From: Oikopleura dioica
Lineage: Eukaryota; Animalia; Chordata
Assembly: GCA_907165135.1 (NCBI GenBank)
Contig: OU015566.1
Span: 13,206,001 to 13,270,000, forward strand
DNA: 64,000 bases
Direction of reading: 5' to 3'
The notes under the pieces were generated by a model that was given only the letters and a program-made list of their open reading frames with translations, made no database searches and had not been told where the DNA came from. The number at the start of each line of letters is the position of its first letter. Within the stretch, counting starts at the first letter, position 1. The position numbers and the translations under genes are program-made. Positions 1-15,268 of the stretch are shown piece after piece.

Positions 1-178
1 AAAACCGATGATTTCAGGGCTTTAAAACTCTTGGCTACCAATAGAAGCGATAAGCTTGAGTCCAAATCTATCAGACTCTCGATCTTCGTCTGCTCGTGGA
101 TCTTGCCCCGGCGCTAGAAGCGTCAAATCGCACAAATTCGGCAGTGATATTGAAAAACGAGGACTAAAATAGATTCCG

Positions 179-2729
179 TTAATGAGTGTCGAAAGAAAAA
201 GTGTCTGACTTGAGATTGGATTCGATTTCCTCTCGATACGGTCGTGAAGAAACATCGCTGCCACAGAGCGAGTACTCTTCGTCTTCTTCATCAGGGCTCT
301 TCAGGTTGTTTTCAAGCGTATCCGGAAGCGACTGAGTCGAGAAGCGCAGACTTTCATGCAAATCACCAAGGTTTAGGAGGCCAAAGCCCAAGTTTGTTGT
401 TTCAAAACTCTGCACACCACTTGTTGAGTCATCTTGTTTCACCGGATTAATTTCATTTCATATCATGCATCATGCAAAAAACTCAAATAACAAGTAAAGC
501 CCGGACCTTCGATTTCTCCATCGGACCAAAAATCTCTCAAGAATCGGAAATTATCGCTAAACTCGAAAGTATTTCCCTTGAATGAGCTGCTCTTTCGCCG
601 TAAAAGTCGTTGGTACTTAGCATAACTGAATGATTAACTACAGTAGAATACTGATATGAGTGTGGCTATTAAACCTGTCTCTGCGTCTAATTATCCGTCC
701 AGCTCCAACCGTCGGCCGTCGTGAAAAGTATCGATTAGACGGCGCCGATTCCAGCGAGCTGTAAATCGAGTCGTCCCTTTCGGCCACGAGACCAACGCTC
801 GTGCCGTTCAGTAAAAACACGCTACTGTGATCTTGAAGAAACGTTAGCAACTTATTCGTTTGAAGCTCAATTTGCGGATTCTTCTTCAGCTCATTGGCGA
901 TGTCGTCGAGGTTCATTTCTCCGTTGTGTCGAGCAACAAGTCGCGTGAGGAATTCCATCGCATCAGCTTCAACAGCTGATGATTTCGAGTCTGTTTCTTC
1001 GTCGACTGGAATGATGACTTCTTCATGCTTGGGAATAAGGATCATTTTTGAGCTCAAAAAGGAGAATGAATGAAGTTTGATCCTTTTCTTGGAAGGTGAA
1101 TGTGCCTTGAATGAGCATTTTGTTCGATTGGCCGACTTTTATGGAGTTTTTTGAGTTCTTTTCAACGAAAAATCGGGTTAAAATAAAGTCCATTCCTTAG
1201 AACATGAACAGTCAGAGCAATCCACGGAAAGTTATTTAGATGACTGTAACTCGTCGCCGCTAAAAATTGTAATCATCAGCAAGGCAGTGGAATCATACAT
1301 GGAATATTTCTAATAACGGCCGCTTGAATCAATTGTCCAGCGGAGCATTTTTCGCGGGCGTCGTAAACGGTCTCGCAATTGCCGATGGAAAGCGCGTGAT
1401 TGTCTTCCTTGATTTCAAAAAATGATTTATTTATGAAAAAAGGAGGGGTATTTTGAAATCCTGGCGAAGAAGCAACGGTCGGATTGGGAGACGATTATGC
1501 CGTAAGTAGGGTAGATTTCCTGAATGACGCCATGGATGATGTTGATTTCTGAGCCGTAATGCAGAAGATCTGGGGAGAGAGGTCTTTTATTGGCTTAGAA
1601 AATATCAGAGTACGAGGTTTGAGAACAGTAAGCCAACGAGCCTGATTGGCAGAAAATAGACCATGCCAACTTGATACCGAAAAAGTGACGGGTATTTCAG
1701 CAGAAGTCGCTGAAGCGTAGGAGATCCGCCAGAGAATCGTATCTGATGCTCTAAATTCAGTACGAGCTGGTTGATATGCAAATGCTGGTTGTTAATGCTG
1801 AGCCATTGAGAACAGAGACGGAGAATTTCCAACTCCTGCAGATTTGCATGACTGTGTACGTCTTCCACAGGTGTCTCCAACGAAGCATGTCCCTCAACGA
1901 GAGATACTTCCTCGTCCTGAACTCTGAATGTATTTTCGTGACGCGCGAAGAATCGCCGTAATCCGTCCATTCCGCCAATGTACGCCCGAGCGGCTGCTTT
2001 GCACTGTGAGAGAACTCCCGTCATACTCTGGAAGTTCTTCTTGAACCCAGCCCGCTTTATCGCTTTTTTGCAACAAGCCTTGACTTCTGCTTCCATTTTT
2101 CGAGCGATGAGCGAATCTGCACCAAGGGAGACGACGTTGTTCTCAACAATAAAAAGTTGGGGAGACTTCGCCAGGAATTCTTTGATGCTCTTTTCTTCTG
2201 GCCTTACTTGCTTCTTGACGATCTCTGGTGCATTTTGCACCGCTGCGACTAAATCTCTTACATCCTTTGAACCAGTAGCAGCAAGCATCTGTATGAAATA
2301 CAGGTTTTCATACGACCACATGACTGATTCCTCCATCGTTGTTACTTCCACTGGTTCTATCTTTGTCGCTTTCCATTTGCACCGCGATCCTTCTGAATTT
2401 AATTGTCAGAAAAAACAAGCGTTTACATTAACTTACCCGGCCCAATTTCAGCGTTAATCCAGACTAGTTGCCCAACAGTAAAGATATTTCGCAAGTCGAT
2501 TATCCCTTTCCCAGAAATAGCTTCCAACGTTTCTTTTCGAAAGTAAACATTGTCACTAAAATCTTATGAAGAGCCTTTAATTCCTATTATTTACCTGAAA
2601 TTTAGGTTTCCCGGATTACAGTGCCCCGTAGAGAGCGTCGCAAAGCCAACTCTACTCGACAAATTCTGAATTCTTCCTTGAACATTTACAAGCTCTTTTT
2701 TCTCGCTTGTTTTCGCCTCCTGTGGCATG
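179..2729 (-). CDS. Multi-exon putative RNA-binding protein with OB/cold-shock-like and Egalitarian/LIN-66-type winged-helix domains
   Basis: Hand-spliced exons give an OB-like segment (VQGRIQNLSSRVGFATL...DLRNIFTVGQLVWINA...CKWKATKI). Repeated helical units follow (YFIQMLAATGSKDVRDLV...SIKEFLAKSPQLFIVENNVVSL; GLRRFFARHENTFRVQDEEVSL; MEFLTRLVARHNGEMNLDDIA...LLTFLQDHSSVFLLNGTSVGL). These resemble Egl N-terminal winged helices. A second OB-like segment (GQLIQAAVIRN...WIALTV) lies at about 1200-1420. The start codon is uncertain and the gene may extend to about 3100. Confidence 0.5.
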
Positions 2730-3445
2730 CTGAGAAGTGTTCAATTTTGGTTATGGATTCGAACTGAAGAAGGCGGAACCAAAGAAGCTTCGATTTCGGA
2801 GCGTGCGGGACGTCATATACGGTTGAGATCGTCTTTCTAGGTGGCTCAAGTAAGCTAGTCATAGAAAATACCTTATGTAAACTAAATGAGCAAAAGTACG
2901 ATACGACGGATCATGCGGAACAGGCACAGTAATCAACTTGATCACTGAATATTTTCTACAACCGCTGCGTTGAAGACCAAAGTAATCAACACTGAAATCA
3001 TTGGCGGACACGACTTTGTCAGCATTCAGCCAGTTATTTTTAACATCAACACAACCACTAAAGCTTCACTAGAAAGTATCACTACCTGCTTTCTTCAGAT
3101 TCTGTAATTATTATTAATCTTAAATAAATCCATTTTTGAAGCCAAAAAATATCTGAACCTCTCAGAGCGGATTCAGAAGGCCTTTATTAGTCCTCGCACC
3201 AGATTTTGAGAAGGTTACCTTCAATTTTTGCTTCCAGGGGCGTTGATCCTCCGCGGCGTGGTGGGTCCTCCGGGCGCCGCACGCGACGCTCTATTTTTTT
3301 GGACTTTTGGGGCAGGGCCTGATCCAGAGAAAACTAGAGTTTCGCCGTGGGCACTTTCAAAACTACGATTCCCCGCCCATTTTTATGAAATCAAAAAACT
3401 ACTTGTGAATTGACGAAGAATCAGAAAAGAGAAAGAAACGTAAAA

Positions 3446-5013
3446 ATGGCATTTCCACCTTTTACGCTTGGAGGAAGCCTTCATAACAAAGAAGAATTCT
3501 CGGGGAGATATTTTCACTTTTTGAATGTCATCAATCCGGCTTCGTTGATAAAATCCGAGGCGGATATTCGAGCGGCGGAAGGATTGCTAATGAGGAGTAG
3601 GAATGAAGCAAGAGGAGGTGTCGTCAAAGGTGAGAAATCAAAGAAGAATCCGTTCATCTCTGACACGAACTTAAGGGTATACGAACAAAGAAATGTGGGA
3701 AGCACAGACGCTGGTGCAAAGCGCAGTCCATCCAGATACAGGCGAAATTATCCCTCGACCGTTTCGAATGTCTGGTTATGTTCCCTTCAATTTGCCGGTA
3801 AGCAAATTTTCTCCTGTCGAAGCCCTTATGTTTTATGGGTCTGCTGATTGCTTTGCACTCGATTATTATTGCTCTTTTCGAGAACCAAAGTAGACAATCT
3901 GGGTTACATTCAAACAGAATTCAGGAGCCATTTCTTTAGCGGATTAATGAAAGGTACTAAATGATTAAATTCAGATTCTAGTGGGACTTCTTGTACCACA
4001 AGGGACTGCAGCAACAGCTTTCTGGCAATGGGCGAATCAAACGCATAATGCGCTGATCAACTACTCCAACAGAAATGCCAAGGTAAATAACAGACAGTAA
4101 ATTGTCTGGAAGAGAGACTGCTTCTCAATTCTACAGTGTCTACTTCTGAAAAGGACCTTTTTCGTTCGAAAAGTTGCCCAAAAAGCGTCTTTCTTAAAAA
4201 ATAGCCACTGTAAAAAGATCTCTCCAGCTCTAACCGTTCTTTTAGACGCCAGTAACGACTTTCCAGCAAATCTCCGGCTACTCCCTCGCCGTTGGAACTG
4301 CCCTATCCGTCTCCTTCGGCTGCGCAGCTTATTTGAAGAAGAATATGGCGAAGATGAACGTAATTACCGCTCTATCAGCTCTAGTTCTCTATATTTTTAT
4401 TCAATAGACGAAAATAGAGACTCGCTCTAAAAGCCGATGATTAATTAATTAACGATGATGAAACGAGGATTTAGCCGAAAGTCGCTGGTGCGGCGAGCGC
4501 GCTCCTTCCATTCGGAGCCGTCGCCGTTGCGAATGTGGCGAACACAGCGGCAATGAGAAACGGGGAAATTAGCACTGGCATCGAAGTTTACAACCCAGAC
4601 ACTGGCGAAGTCTACGGAACATCAAAAGAAGCAGCGAAAAAGGCGATCGCTTTGACTTGTTTTTCGAGAGTGGTGATTGCTGGCGGCTGTCTTGCTATTC
4701 CTCCTATCATGACTTCTGCAGCCGTTCAAAGTAAGAATACCCATGCATTCCTTCTCTACCTCCCCTTTTCAGTGAAGCTAATCGACCAAGTGAAGAGGCC
4801 AAAGCAATTCGTCCTGGCCCAGTTTGCGTTTTGTGCAATTTGCTTTTTCTCCTGTCTCCCTGGTGCTATCGCATTATTTCCACAGTACAGGACGTAAGTT
4901 TTACAGTCGATTCCTTGTTTTCATCAAAATTTAGGATGCCAACTTCTGAGCTAGAGCCAGAACTAGCGGCAAAGATCAAAGCAGCTACTGTAACCTACAA
5001 TAAAGGCTTGTAG
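3446..5013 (+). CDS. SFXN5: Sideroflexin (SFXN5-like mitochondrial carrier), multi-exon
   Basis: Motifs [75 protein letters not shown] and a C-terminal YNKGL. Confidence 0.9.
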
Positions 5014-5373
5014 GAAGAAAGAAGTAGAAGTAGAAACGAGTTTGGAAAACGATCAATCCAAGACGAAATTCATACTTAACCACGTGATTACCTGCTATTT
5101 ATGTCTGTTGAGATTTATAAACGCTTTTTGTCTGTCTTTATTTTATTATCTAGTCGAGTTTGATAGTCTCTCCTATTCTGTGTTCTTTCGAAATCAATAA
5201 AAAATCACCAAGGTCCATTTTTCCTGACTGCAACTGTAACTCAACTGTTACGTAAGTGGTCTTGCATAAGGGGAAGACCAAGGGAGGAAAGAAATTCTAG
5301 AAGAATCGTTTTTCCACTGCGCTTTTGCATTCAATTTTATCAGTTTTTTGAAAGAGGTTTTTTGTTGAGAAAA

Positions 5374-7822
<2,449 letters not shown>

Positions 7823-7965
7823 AATACTCTTTTTTACCTCCCTCGTGAATTCTTTCTTACCTGCAAATGTTCAATCGGTAGAAAAATCTCTCTCAGCTTT
7901 CCTCAAAGACAGACTCAACACGGAAAATAAAATTTGTAAATAAAAATGATGAAAAGAGATGCTTT

Positions 7966-8537
7966 TCAGAGATGGAAGTGGACAAGATGCAGTCGCTGTT
8001 CACGACAATTAGGAGAAGATCGGACCCGGTTTTGTGCAGGAGGATTTGGGAAGCAGTGAATGAAATACACGCTGACAATGTAAGTGTTGAGTGCTCTTCT
8101 CGCTATGAGTTTATTTGTATTCAATAGAGTCAGAATCAGAGTCTCGTAGATCAAATTTCGGACTCGCATATCTTCTGTTGGCTGAAATTCAGGACAGTGT
8201 CCTATTTTAACGCTCACCCCACCGGTCCAAGCATCATTGGCATTCATTTCCATTTTGGCAATAACATTTCCATTCAGTGTAAAAATCTAACTCAACTTTC
8301 CGTTTTTCATCTGCTTTTGATAATAGACCAGTTTGTTCCAAGCATTTTTTACGGGGTATAGTCATCGGCAGTCAAATCATAGTTGTTAGGAATCATACTT
8401 ACTTTAGCGTCCCACGCATGGTAAATTCCACTACTTCCGCCAGTAACGCAGTGAGCAATATGCATCTCTGACGTTTTGATATGCTCATAAATACAGAAAA
8501 ATCGCTCTCCTAGTTGGCGTCGAACGTCGCCAGTCAT
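7966..8537 (-). CDS. Small hypothetical two-exon protein
   Basis: The ATG at 8537 runs to a GTAAGT donor after ...YHAWDAK, then splices in frame (TTAG acceptor) into the 7966-8253 ORF. No family recognised. Confidence 0.3.
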
Positions 8538-8687
8538 GTAAATTACATTTTGCCAGTCTGATATGTTGTAAAATAACTTTCTTTATTTTAAATCTTACTG
8601 TTGGGATAAGTAGGAGCCCAAAAAATTTCTACGGAGAGCTTGAATGTTTTGAAACCTCTTGTTTTTGCTAGAATTCCTTTAGTAGGT

Positions 8688-9248
8688 TTAACGCTTGAAC
8701 GCACGTTTGTAAAGTTTTGCTGAACGCATATTGCGCAGATTTCTGCGCAGCGCCTTTGACGGGTTCTAGCGTCGACTTATTAAAAGATTTGAGAATACGC
8801 TTGGCAACCAGAAAAATATAGTTTTGAGTCCTAACCTTAACCAAAACCTAGCTAAAACAAGTGATTTCAAGTATTGCCTAAGATATGCTATTTTCTCAAC
8901 TTTTACCGACTATAATACAAAAGAATCTATCATTTTGACAATAAATCGTCATTTTGATTCTTCTTAGAGGTTTATTGTTACTAAAATAAAATTAAACCAT
9001 GAAAAATTAACTGATTTCGTCAAAAAAGAATCAGTTTATAAGGAAAATTTGGAGAACTTAAGAGGGACGGAAATTTTCGCTCTGAAGCCAAAATTTTAAC
9101 CTGACGCCAAAAAAATTTTTTGATGATAGATTCGGATTCCTCATCGAAAAGAGCCCGAAAAGTGAAATTTTGACAAAGTTAAGTTTGAGTTATCGAGCTT
9201 CGAAGGTGTTCTGCGCAGAAATCTGCGCAATATGCGTTCAAGCGTTAA
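8688..9248. mobile_element. piggyBac-like MITE (TTAA-flanked, long terminal inverted repeats)
   Basis: 8721-8750 is the exact reverse complement of 9211-9240. 8688-8703 (TTAACGCTTGAACGCA) is the reverse complement of 9233-9248. TTAA at both ends; no transposase. Confidence 0.65.
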
Positions 9249-9444
9249 CAGGAATATCTGAATACAATTTTCTCTCGGTCTTCGAGATCAACCATGCAGT
9301 TTGAAGCCTCAAAATTTAGAGTCATTTCTAGTAAATCTTTTCGTATTTCCTACAGATCGAAAAATCCCAGTCTCGGGCACAAATTCGATAAAAAACAAAT
9401 ATGCTTGTTTGAAAGTAACCAAAACAAGAACAAATGAAGATTTC

Positions 9445-9565
9445 TCTAGAACGTTTTTGTTTATTTTTAAGAATTTTCAAATTATTTTAAATTCCCAACC
9501 CGGGATAATAAAAAAAAGAAAAAAAAATTATTTTTTAAACTTTCATCAAAACAAATTGTTCTAGA
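9445..9565. mobile_element. About 120-bp palindromic MITE-like element, copy 1
   Basis: TCTAGAAC...TTTGTT and AACAAATTGTTCTAGA ends, with core AATTCCCAACCCGGGATAATAAAAAAA. A second copy lies at 26367-26488. Confidence 0.6.
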
Positions 9566-9591
9566 AACGATTCCTTTCAACTTTTTTTTCA

Positions 9592-11951
9592 GGAAAATGA
9601 TAGCGACCCAACTCCACCGGACGTTTCCTTGATTCTAGCAAAACTGACGGAAGCAGATCCTTCGCTGGAAAAGCCAAAAATCATCGATGAATGCGAGAAG
9701 ATGGTCGAAGATGATCTTCTTTATCCAACTTGTACAGTATCGAACACAGGCGAAGAACACTGGAAATTTTCAATTCCTTCTTACGCACCAAGGGGAACCG
9801 GTCGCGCACGAGATTGGTACTGCTTCGTTTGTCATCAACCAGGAGAAGTTCTCGGCTGCCGAACTTGCTTCAGATCGTATCACATCAACTGCCTCTCAGA
9901 AGCGCCCAGAACGAGCACAAGCCGGAACCAGAAAATCGACGAGAACTGGACCTGCCTTTGGTGCATATTTTTAAAGCAGTCAATGGAGAAAGCGTTCAAT
10001 CCTGAAATCTTCAAAAAGTCAATGAAGATGCTTCTGAAAATGATCTCACAACAACACAGAGTGCTAGATACACCCATGCTGCCGCTAGAAAAGAACTTTG
10101 TCTTTCGCCACGCCAGTTTGCTGCAAATTAAAGACCTGGTCGAAGGAAATATGATCAAATGTCCGGAACAGTTCGAGCTTGAGGTGCGGAATATCGTTCA
10201 CAACTTTCATGTCTACTTTGGACCCAATGACAGCAAAACTGCTCGGGCTGAGCATGCTCTTGTAAGACATCAAGAAATCTCTTCGTCCCTTATTCAGGCA
10301 TCTTTTTTCTAGCTAAATACCCGCGAATATGTACAAGACATGGATCCCTGTATCGAGTGCTTTTGGAACAAGTATGAATCCTGGCCGCAGATCTCCGACA
10401 AATGGCGAGTGAAAACCTGCAACCCGGCGCATTTCATCGCCCGCGTAAAACACAAAACCTTTGGCTACACGCCTGCCAAAGTGTTGTCCTCGTTGTTGGC
10501 CGCCGAAGTGCAAGTGATGTTCTTTGCTGGAAAGGCGGAAAAAGTCACCGTCGATCGAGGATCAGTTTGTAAAATGACAGATGAAAGTGGAGAAAACGAG
10601 AAGAAGAGGAAAAGCGCACAAGTTACTCAAGCACATCTGGTAAGTACAACTGTACTTGCAGTTTTCCATGAACGAATAATTACTGAAAATCAAGCTTTCG
10701 ATCGTTATTTTTATAATAACTTGTTGCGTCAAAGCAAATTAGTGTATAAATATCTCATAATTTACGATTGAGTGAGCATAATCCTAAAAATTGATTTTGA
10801 TACGCTGATCTCAAATATCTCATGTAACTTTTGCTGGCGCTATCTCCTGGTTCTATCATCTGACTTTTTTTATTCCGAATTTATCGAAAACTAGAAAAAA
10901 GACTAAATGAGAAATAAAGAGAAAATGCAGAAAACAAGGGCAAAAACAGCGTCTTATAAAACTCGCGAATTTCGCGCTCTTGAGGTGAAAATTTTTAAGA
11001 AAAATTATTGCATATCAGCAAAAATAAAAGACCACCAGCTCAAGCAATTTTTTAGGAAATGAAAGAGCACATAAAAGCCCTGAGAAAACGATTTGGCGCG
11101 GATACAGTCAATCGGGCTTTGAACTTCGAATCGGGCGATGCTTCTTCTACCAACACTTCTACAGTCGATACCAGTAACCTCGTTGAAATCGAATCTGTGT
11201 AAGAAAATAAGAGAGCCAGCCCAAAATTGATTGATTTCAGAAGCCAAGAAGAAGCATCAAGCATGGAAACAGATGTAAATGGAACTTCTGAAGATCAAAC
11301 TTCGAAAAGCCAGGAAGTCCAAAAGCGAAATTTACGGAAAAAGGAATCGACAGAGAATAAAAAAGACAATCTCGCTTCAGACCTTGGACTTTTGGTCGAG
11401 CGATGCGATCAGGTTTGAAAAAAAATTCTTTTTTGTTCCCTTTACCACCAAAAATCATCTGATGATGATTTTCAGAGCGTACAAACCGACCCATACCGAA
11501 GCCGTGAGGACATGAAAACCATCATGCATCTTCGAGAACAACTGGAACATGAAATGCGACGATCGAACGAGCTCAAAATCAAGCATAACGCGATTCTAGC
11601 GGCCGAAGTTCAAAAGGTACAATCGTCAAATTTTCTAACCCTCTTATAATTTCTTCCAAAAAGGCAAAGCGCAAAAGCTGGTGCAATATTTGCAGCAAAG
11701 AAGCAAGATACCACTGCTGCGCGTCCTTCTTTTACTGTGGAACTGTAAGTCCATTCTTCCTGTAGCCAATACTGTAATTTTTTAATAAGGAGTGCCAGAG
11801 AAACGCTTGGAAAGACGGCCATCAGGAGATTTGCAAAAAGCGCTCTAGCCAAAAACGCCCAAAATCGAGCAAATCCGAAACGGTAAAAAATACAGTCTTG
11901 AGGCCACTGCTTTCAACCCTTTCTTTTCTAGCCGGAACACCAGGCCGATAA
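9592..11951 (+). CDS. ZMYND11: ZMYND11/BS69-like chromatin reader (WH-PHD-bromo-PWWP-MYND); first exon not resolved
   Basis: PHD DWYCFVCHQPGEVLGCRTCFRSYHINC, a bromodomain-like helical region, PWWP-like RVKHKTFGYTPAKV...VQVMFF, and MYND WCNICSKEARYHCCASFFYCGT|ECQRNAWKDGHQEIC. Confidence 0.8.
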
Positions 11952-12323
11952 GAGGCAAAAAACTGCATAAAGAAACGACACACTGCTACGAACTTTATTA
12001 AACAAGAAGATTTTTTAGAGAAATTCAAAAACTTCAAAAATTCACTCTCTACTGCCACCTTTTTAATTATTTCACTGTAAATCTGTAAGTTACAGTAATC
12101 AGTCATAAAATAAGCAAATTTCACATGGAATGAATAAAATGCCCAATCCAATAAAAATTTAGGAAAACATAAAAAGCAAAAATATCTGATGACTCATCAG
12201 TTATTCTTTGGTCTCCTCGAAATCTTGATTCATGCGGCAGGTTGATTAATCAGCAGGAGAGACCGTAATTGTTACTATCGATTAGCCTCAATATTCAGTG
12301 AGTCAAGCAGATAAAAAGCGCTC

Positions 12324-12346
12324 TGATTGGCGCCTTCCCACCAATC
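12324..12346. promoter_or_regulatory. Paired CCAAT boxes upstream of gephyrin
   Basis: CTGATTGG and ACCAATC lie about 160-175 nt upstream of the gephyrin ATG. Confidence 0.35.
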
Positions 12347-12499
12347 GCAAAAGCCGATTACGTCACAACTTTGAGTAGAGTAAAAAAAATCCGTCCCTTC
12401 CACCTCTCTCGAGCCTACTCGCTCGGCCTCGAGTCGAAAAGGAAACAAAAATAAACCGAATTATAAATATTTTAAATTTTTTCTCGGATTTCGCGGAAA

Positions 12500-15103
12500 A
12501 TGGAAGAGTCACGAAAAATTCGAGTGGCGATTTTGATCTGTTCTGATAGAGCTAGCGCTGGGAATTATGAAGATAAGACCGGACCAAAACTAAAATATCA
12601 GATTCAGCAAGGTAAATTTGCATTTGGCAGAAATGGCGGGAAATTTATAATGAGTTCTTTGGCGGAAAAAGCAAAAAATTGATTTTTTGCCCTTTTCACC
12701 AAAAAATTTATTAATTTCTTAAAGTGATATATTTATTAATAATTTTGAGAATTTGATTAAAATGCATGTTTATAAATCTCATAATCATACTGAATTTTTT
12801 TCGATAAGTTTAGTTTTTTATTCAAAATATAATTATTCAAAAAGAGAATCCTTCAGGAGAATTGATCCCTGTCAATTTTGATTTTGGCTTATTTTGTGAG
12901 CAATATTCCTTGTCAGAAGAGTTATTTGAACAATGAGAATCTCGAGTGCCTTTTTTTAAGAATATTTTGATTGTCTCGCAGACAAAGGCTTCTGATTTTT
13001 ATTGTCTCCTTCAGCTCCGTTGAATGGAGAGTGCTGTGAGTTTAAAATCTTGCCCGACGAGCAAGAAGAAATCGAGCAGCTTCTCAGAATTTGGAGCGAT
13101 GTGAACAAGGTTGATTTGATTCTGACTTCTGGAGGGACGGGCTTTTCAAAGCGGGATATTACGCCGGAAGCGACGAGAAATGTAATTGAAAAGGAGGCGA
13201 TTGGGATGGTTATTGCAATGATGCAATATTCGTTGACGAAAACACCGATGGCTATGCTTTCTAGGTATCAAAAAATATCAGGAAAAAGAAACTTGAAATC
13301 TCAATAGAGCTGTTGCTGGAATACGAGGAAGCACATTGATCATCAACCTTCCTGGAAGCTCAAAAGGCGCTCTTGAATGCTTCGAATCCGTGGCCGGTCA
13401 AATTCCTCATGCTATCGACCTTCTTCAGAACTCACATGCAAGTATTGACGAGTTGCATTCACGAATGAATGGAATCGCTCTTTCGCCCGAGCAAATCAAA
13501 TCGCCCTCGCCCGTGAAAGTCAAAAGCGCTCCTCATGTTTGCCCTCACAAGAAGAAAAAATCGGTCAATTTTAAGGTCTGTTCTTTCAACAAATTCTATT
13601 TTTATGTCTTCGTAGAAGACTTCAATTGTTGACAACCCCGCTCGTCGAGATAGAAAATCTCCTTGGCCGATGCTGTCCGTCCAGGAGGCTTTACGGTACT
13701 TTTTTTCTTGACCTCTTCGTTGACTTCAAATCGGATTTTTTAGCCTCATATTTGAAAACTCAGAAAAAGTGCCCTCCGAAGAAATTGACTGCCGAAAAGC
13801 CATGGGACGAATAATCTCCGAAAAGATTGAAGCTCGTGTTCCTCTTCCTCCTTTTCCAGCTTCCATCAAGGATGGTTATGCTGTTCGTTCTACGGATGGA
13901 GGAGGGGTTAGAAAGCTGTTGACTTCCGTAGCAGCTGGGGATGGAAGGGATGATATTTTTCTCGCCAGTGGTTATGTTGCTAGAATTAATACTGGAGCGC
14001 CCTTGCCAAAGGGAGCAGATGCGGTTGTACAGGTCGAAGATACAAACGGTAAAGAGGATCGTTTTTTGAAATGTTGTAAAACGTAGCCATCAGTGATCAG
14101 CATGGACGATGACGGAGAAGAAACAGAAGTCTCTGTCGTCGCCGTCCCGGTTGGAAACGACATTCGGCCAATCGGCTCTGACGTTTCTGCTGGCGATGCT
14201 CTTTTATTCCCTGGAGACCGACTGAACCCTTCGAAAATCGGTCTTTTATGTACAACTGGAAATCGTTTGATAAAAGTCTTCCGAAGGCTCAAAGTCGTCG
14301 TTTTCTCAACTGGTTCGGAAGTTGTCGAACTAGACCAACGCGAACTCAAACATGGGCAAATTTATGACGCGAATCGATACGCCCTAATTGGATTTCTTGA
14401 GAATCTTGGATACTGTGAAGTCATTGACGGAGGAATTCTACCGGACAAGCCCCAAGTTTGCCTTGATGCTTTCACAACAGCCCTAGAAGACGAAGTTGAT
14501 GTGATCCTGACATCTGGAGGCGTGAGCATGGGGGATAAGGACTACATAAAGAGCATTATTACGAATGATCTCGGTGGAAAACTTCAATTTGGAAGAGTAA
14601 ATATGAAGCCAGGAAAACCAACCACTTTCGGAACAATAGGAAAAGTTCAAAAAAAAACGTTTTAGTCAGCTAAAAAGATCTTCATTTTCTGAACTTGAAG
14701 TAGGCTCGACTTTGTTCTTCGGTCTTCCAGGAAATCCATCCTCCTCTGCCGTCACATTCAATCTTTTTGTGAAACCTGCGTTGCGAATGATGACCGGACA
14801 GAATCCACGACCCAATGTTGTCAAAGTCAAACTAGCGCAAGAAATTGTTTTCGATGGCAGACCTGAGTATCATCGTTGCGTTCTAGGTAGATAATTCCCT
14901 TCTTTCTCGTTCTATTTTTGCGTGTAGATTATTCCCGAGAAAGTGACCTCCCCATGGCAGTTTCCACTGGCTCCCAGTGCTCTGCGAATATCCAGTCGAT
15001 GGCCAAAGCCAACGCGTTAATAATCGTCCCGCAATCTTCCGACGCAAAAGAGTCCTACGCATCGGGCGAGATTGCCTGCGCCATGCTTATCGATGATTTT
15101 TAA
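12500..15103 (+). CDS. GPHN: Gephyrin / molybdenum cofactor synthesis protein (MogA G-domain + MoeA E-domain)
   Basis: G-domain VAILICSDRA...DKTGP, LILTSGGTGFSKRDITPEA and LIINLPGS. E-domain PPFPASIKDGYAVRS, INTGAPLPKGADAVVQVED, STGSEV, TSGGVSMGDKD, MKPGKP, FGLPGNPSS and STGSQCS. Confidence 0.95.
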
Positions 15104-15268
15104 ACATAAACCACCACTCCTGTCTTCCTTCTCACCGTGCCAAATCAAAACCGTTACTGTCTTCCTTCTTTACATGTTCGTCCTCATTTTTCTTCAATTT
15201 AGCCTTTAACAAATTCTTCAAATTGAAGTCAAAAGTCCTGAATTCTTACTTTTCAGAAACTATCAGAA

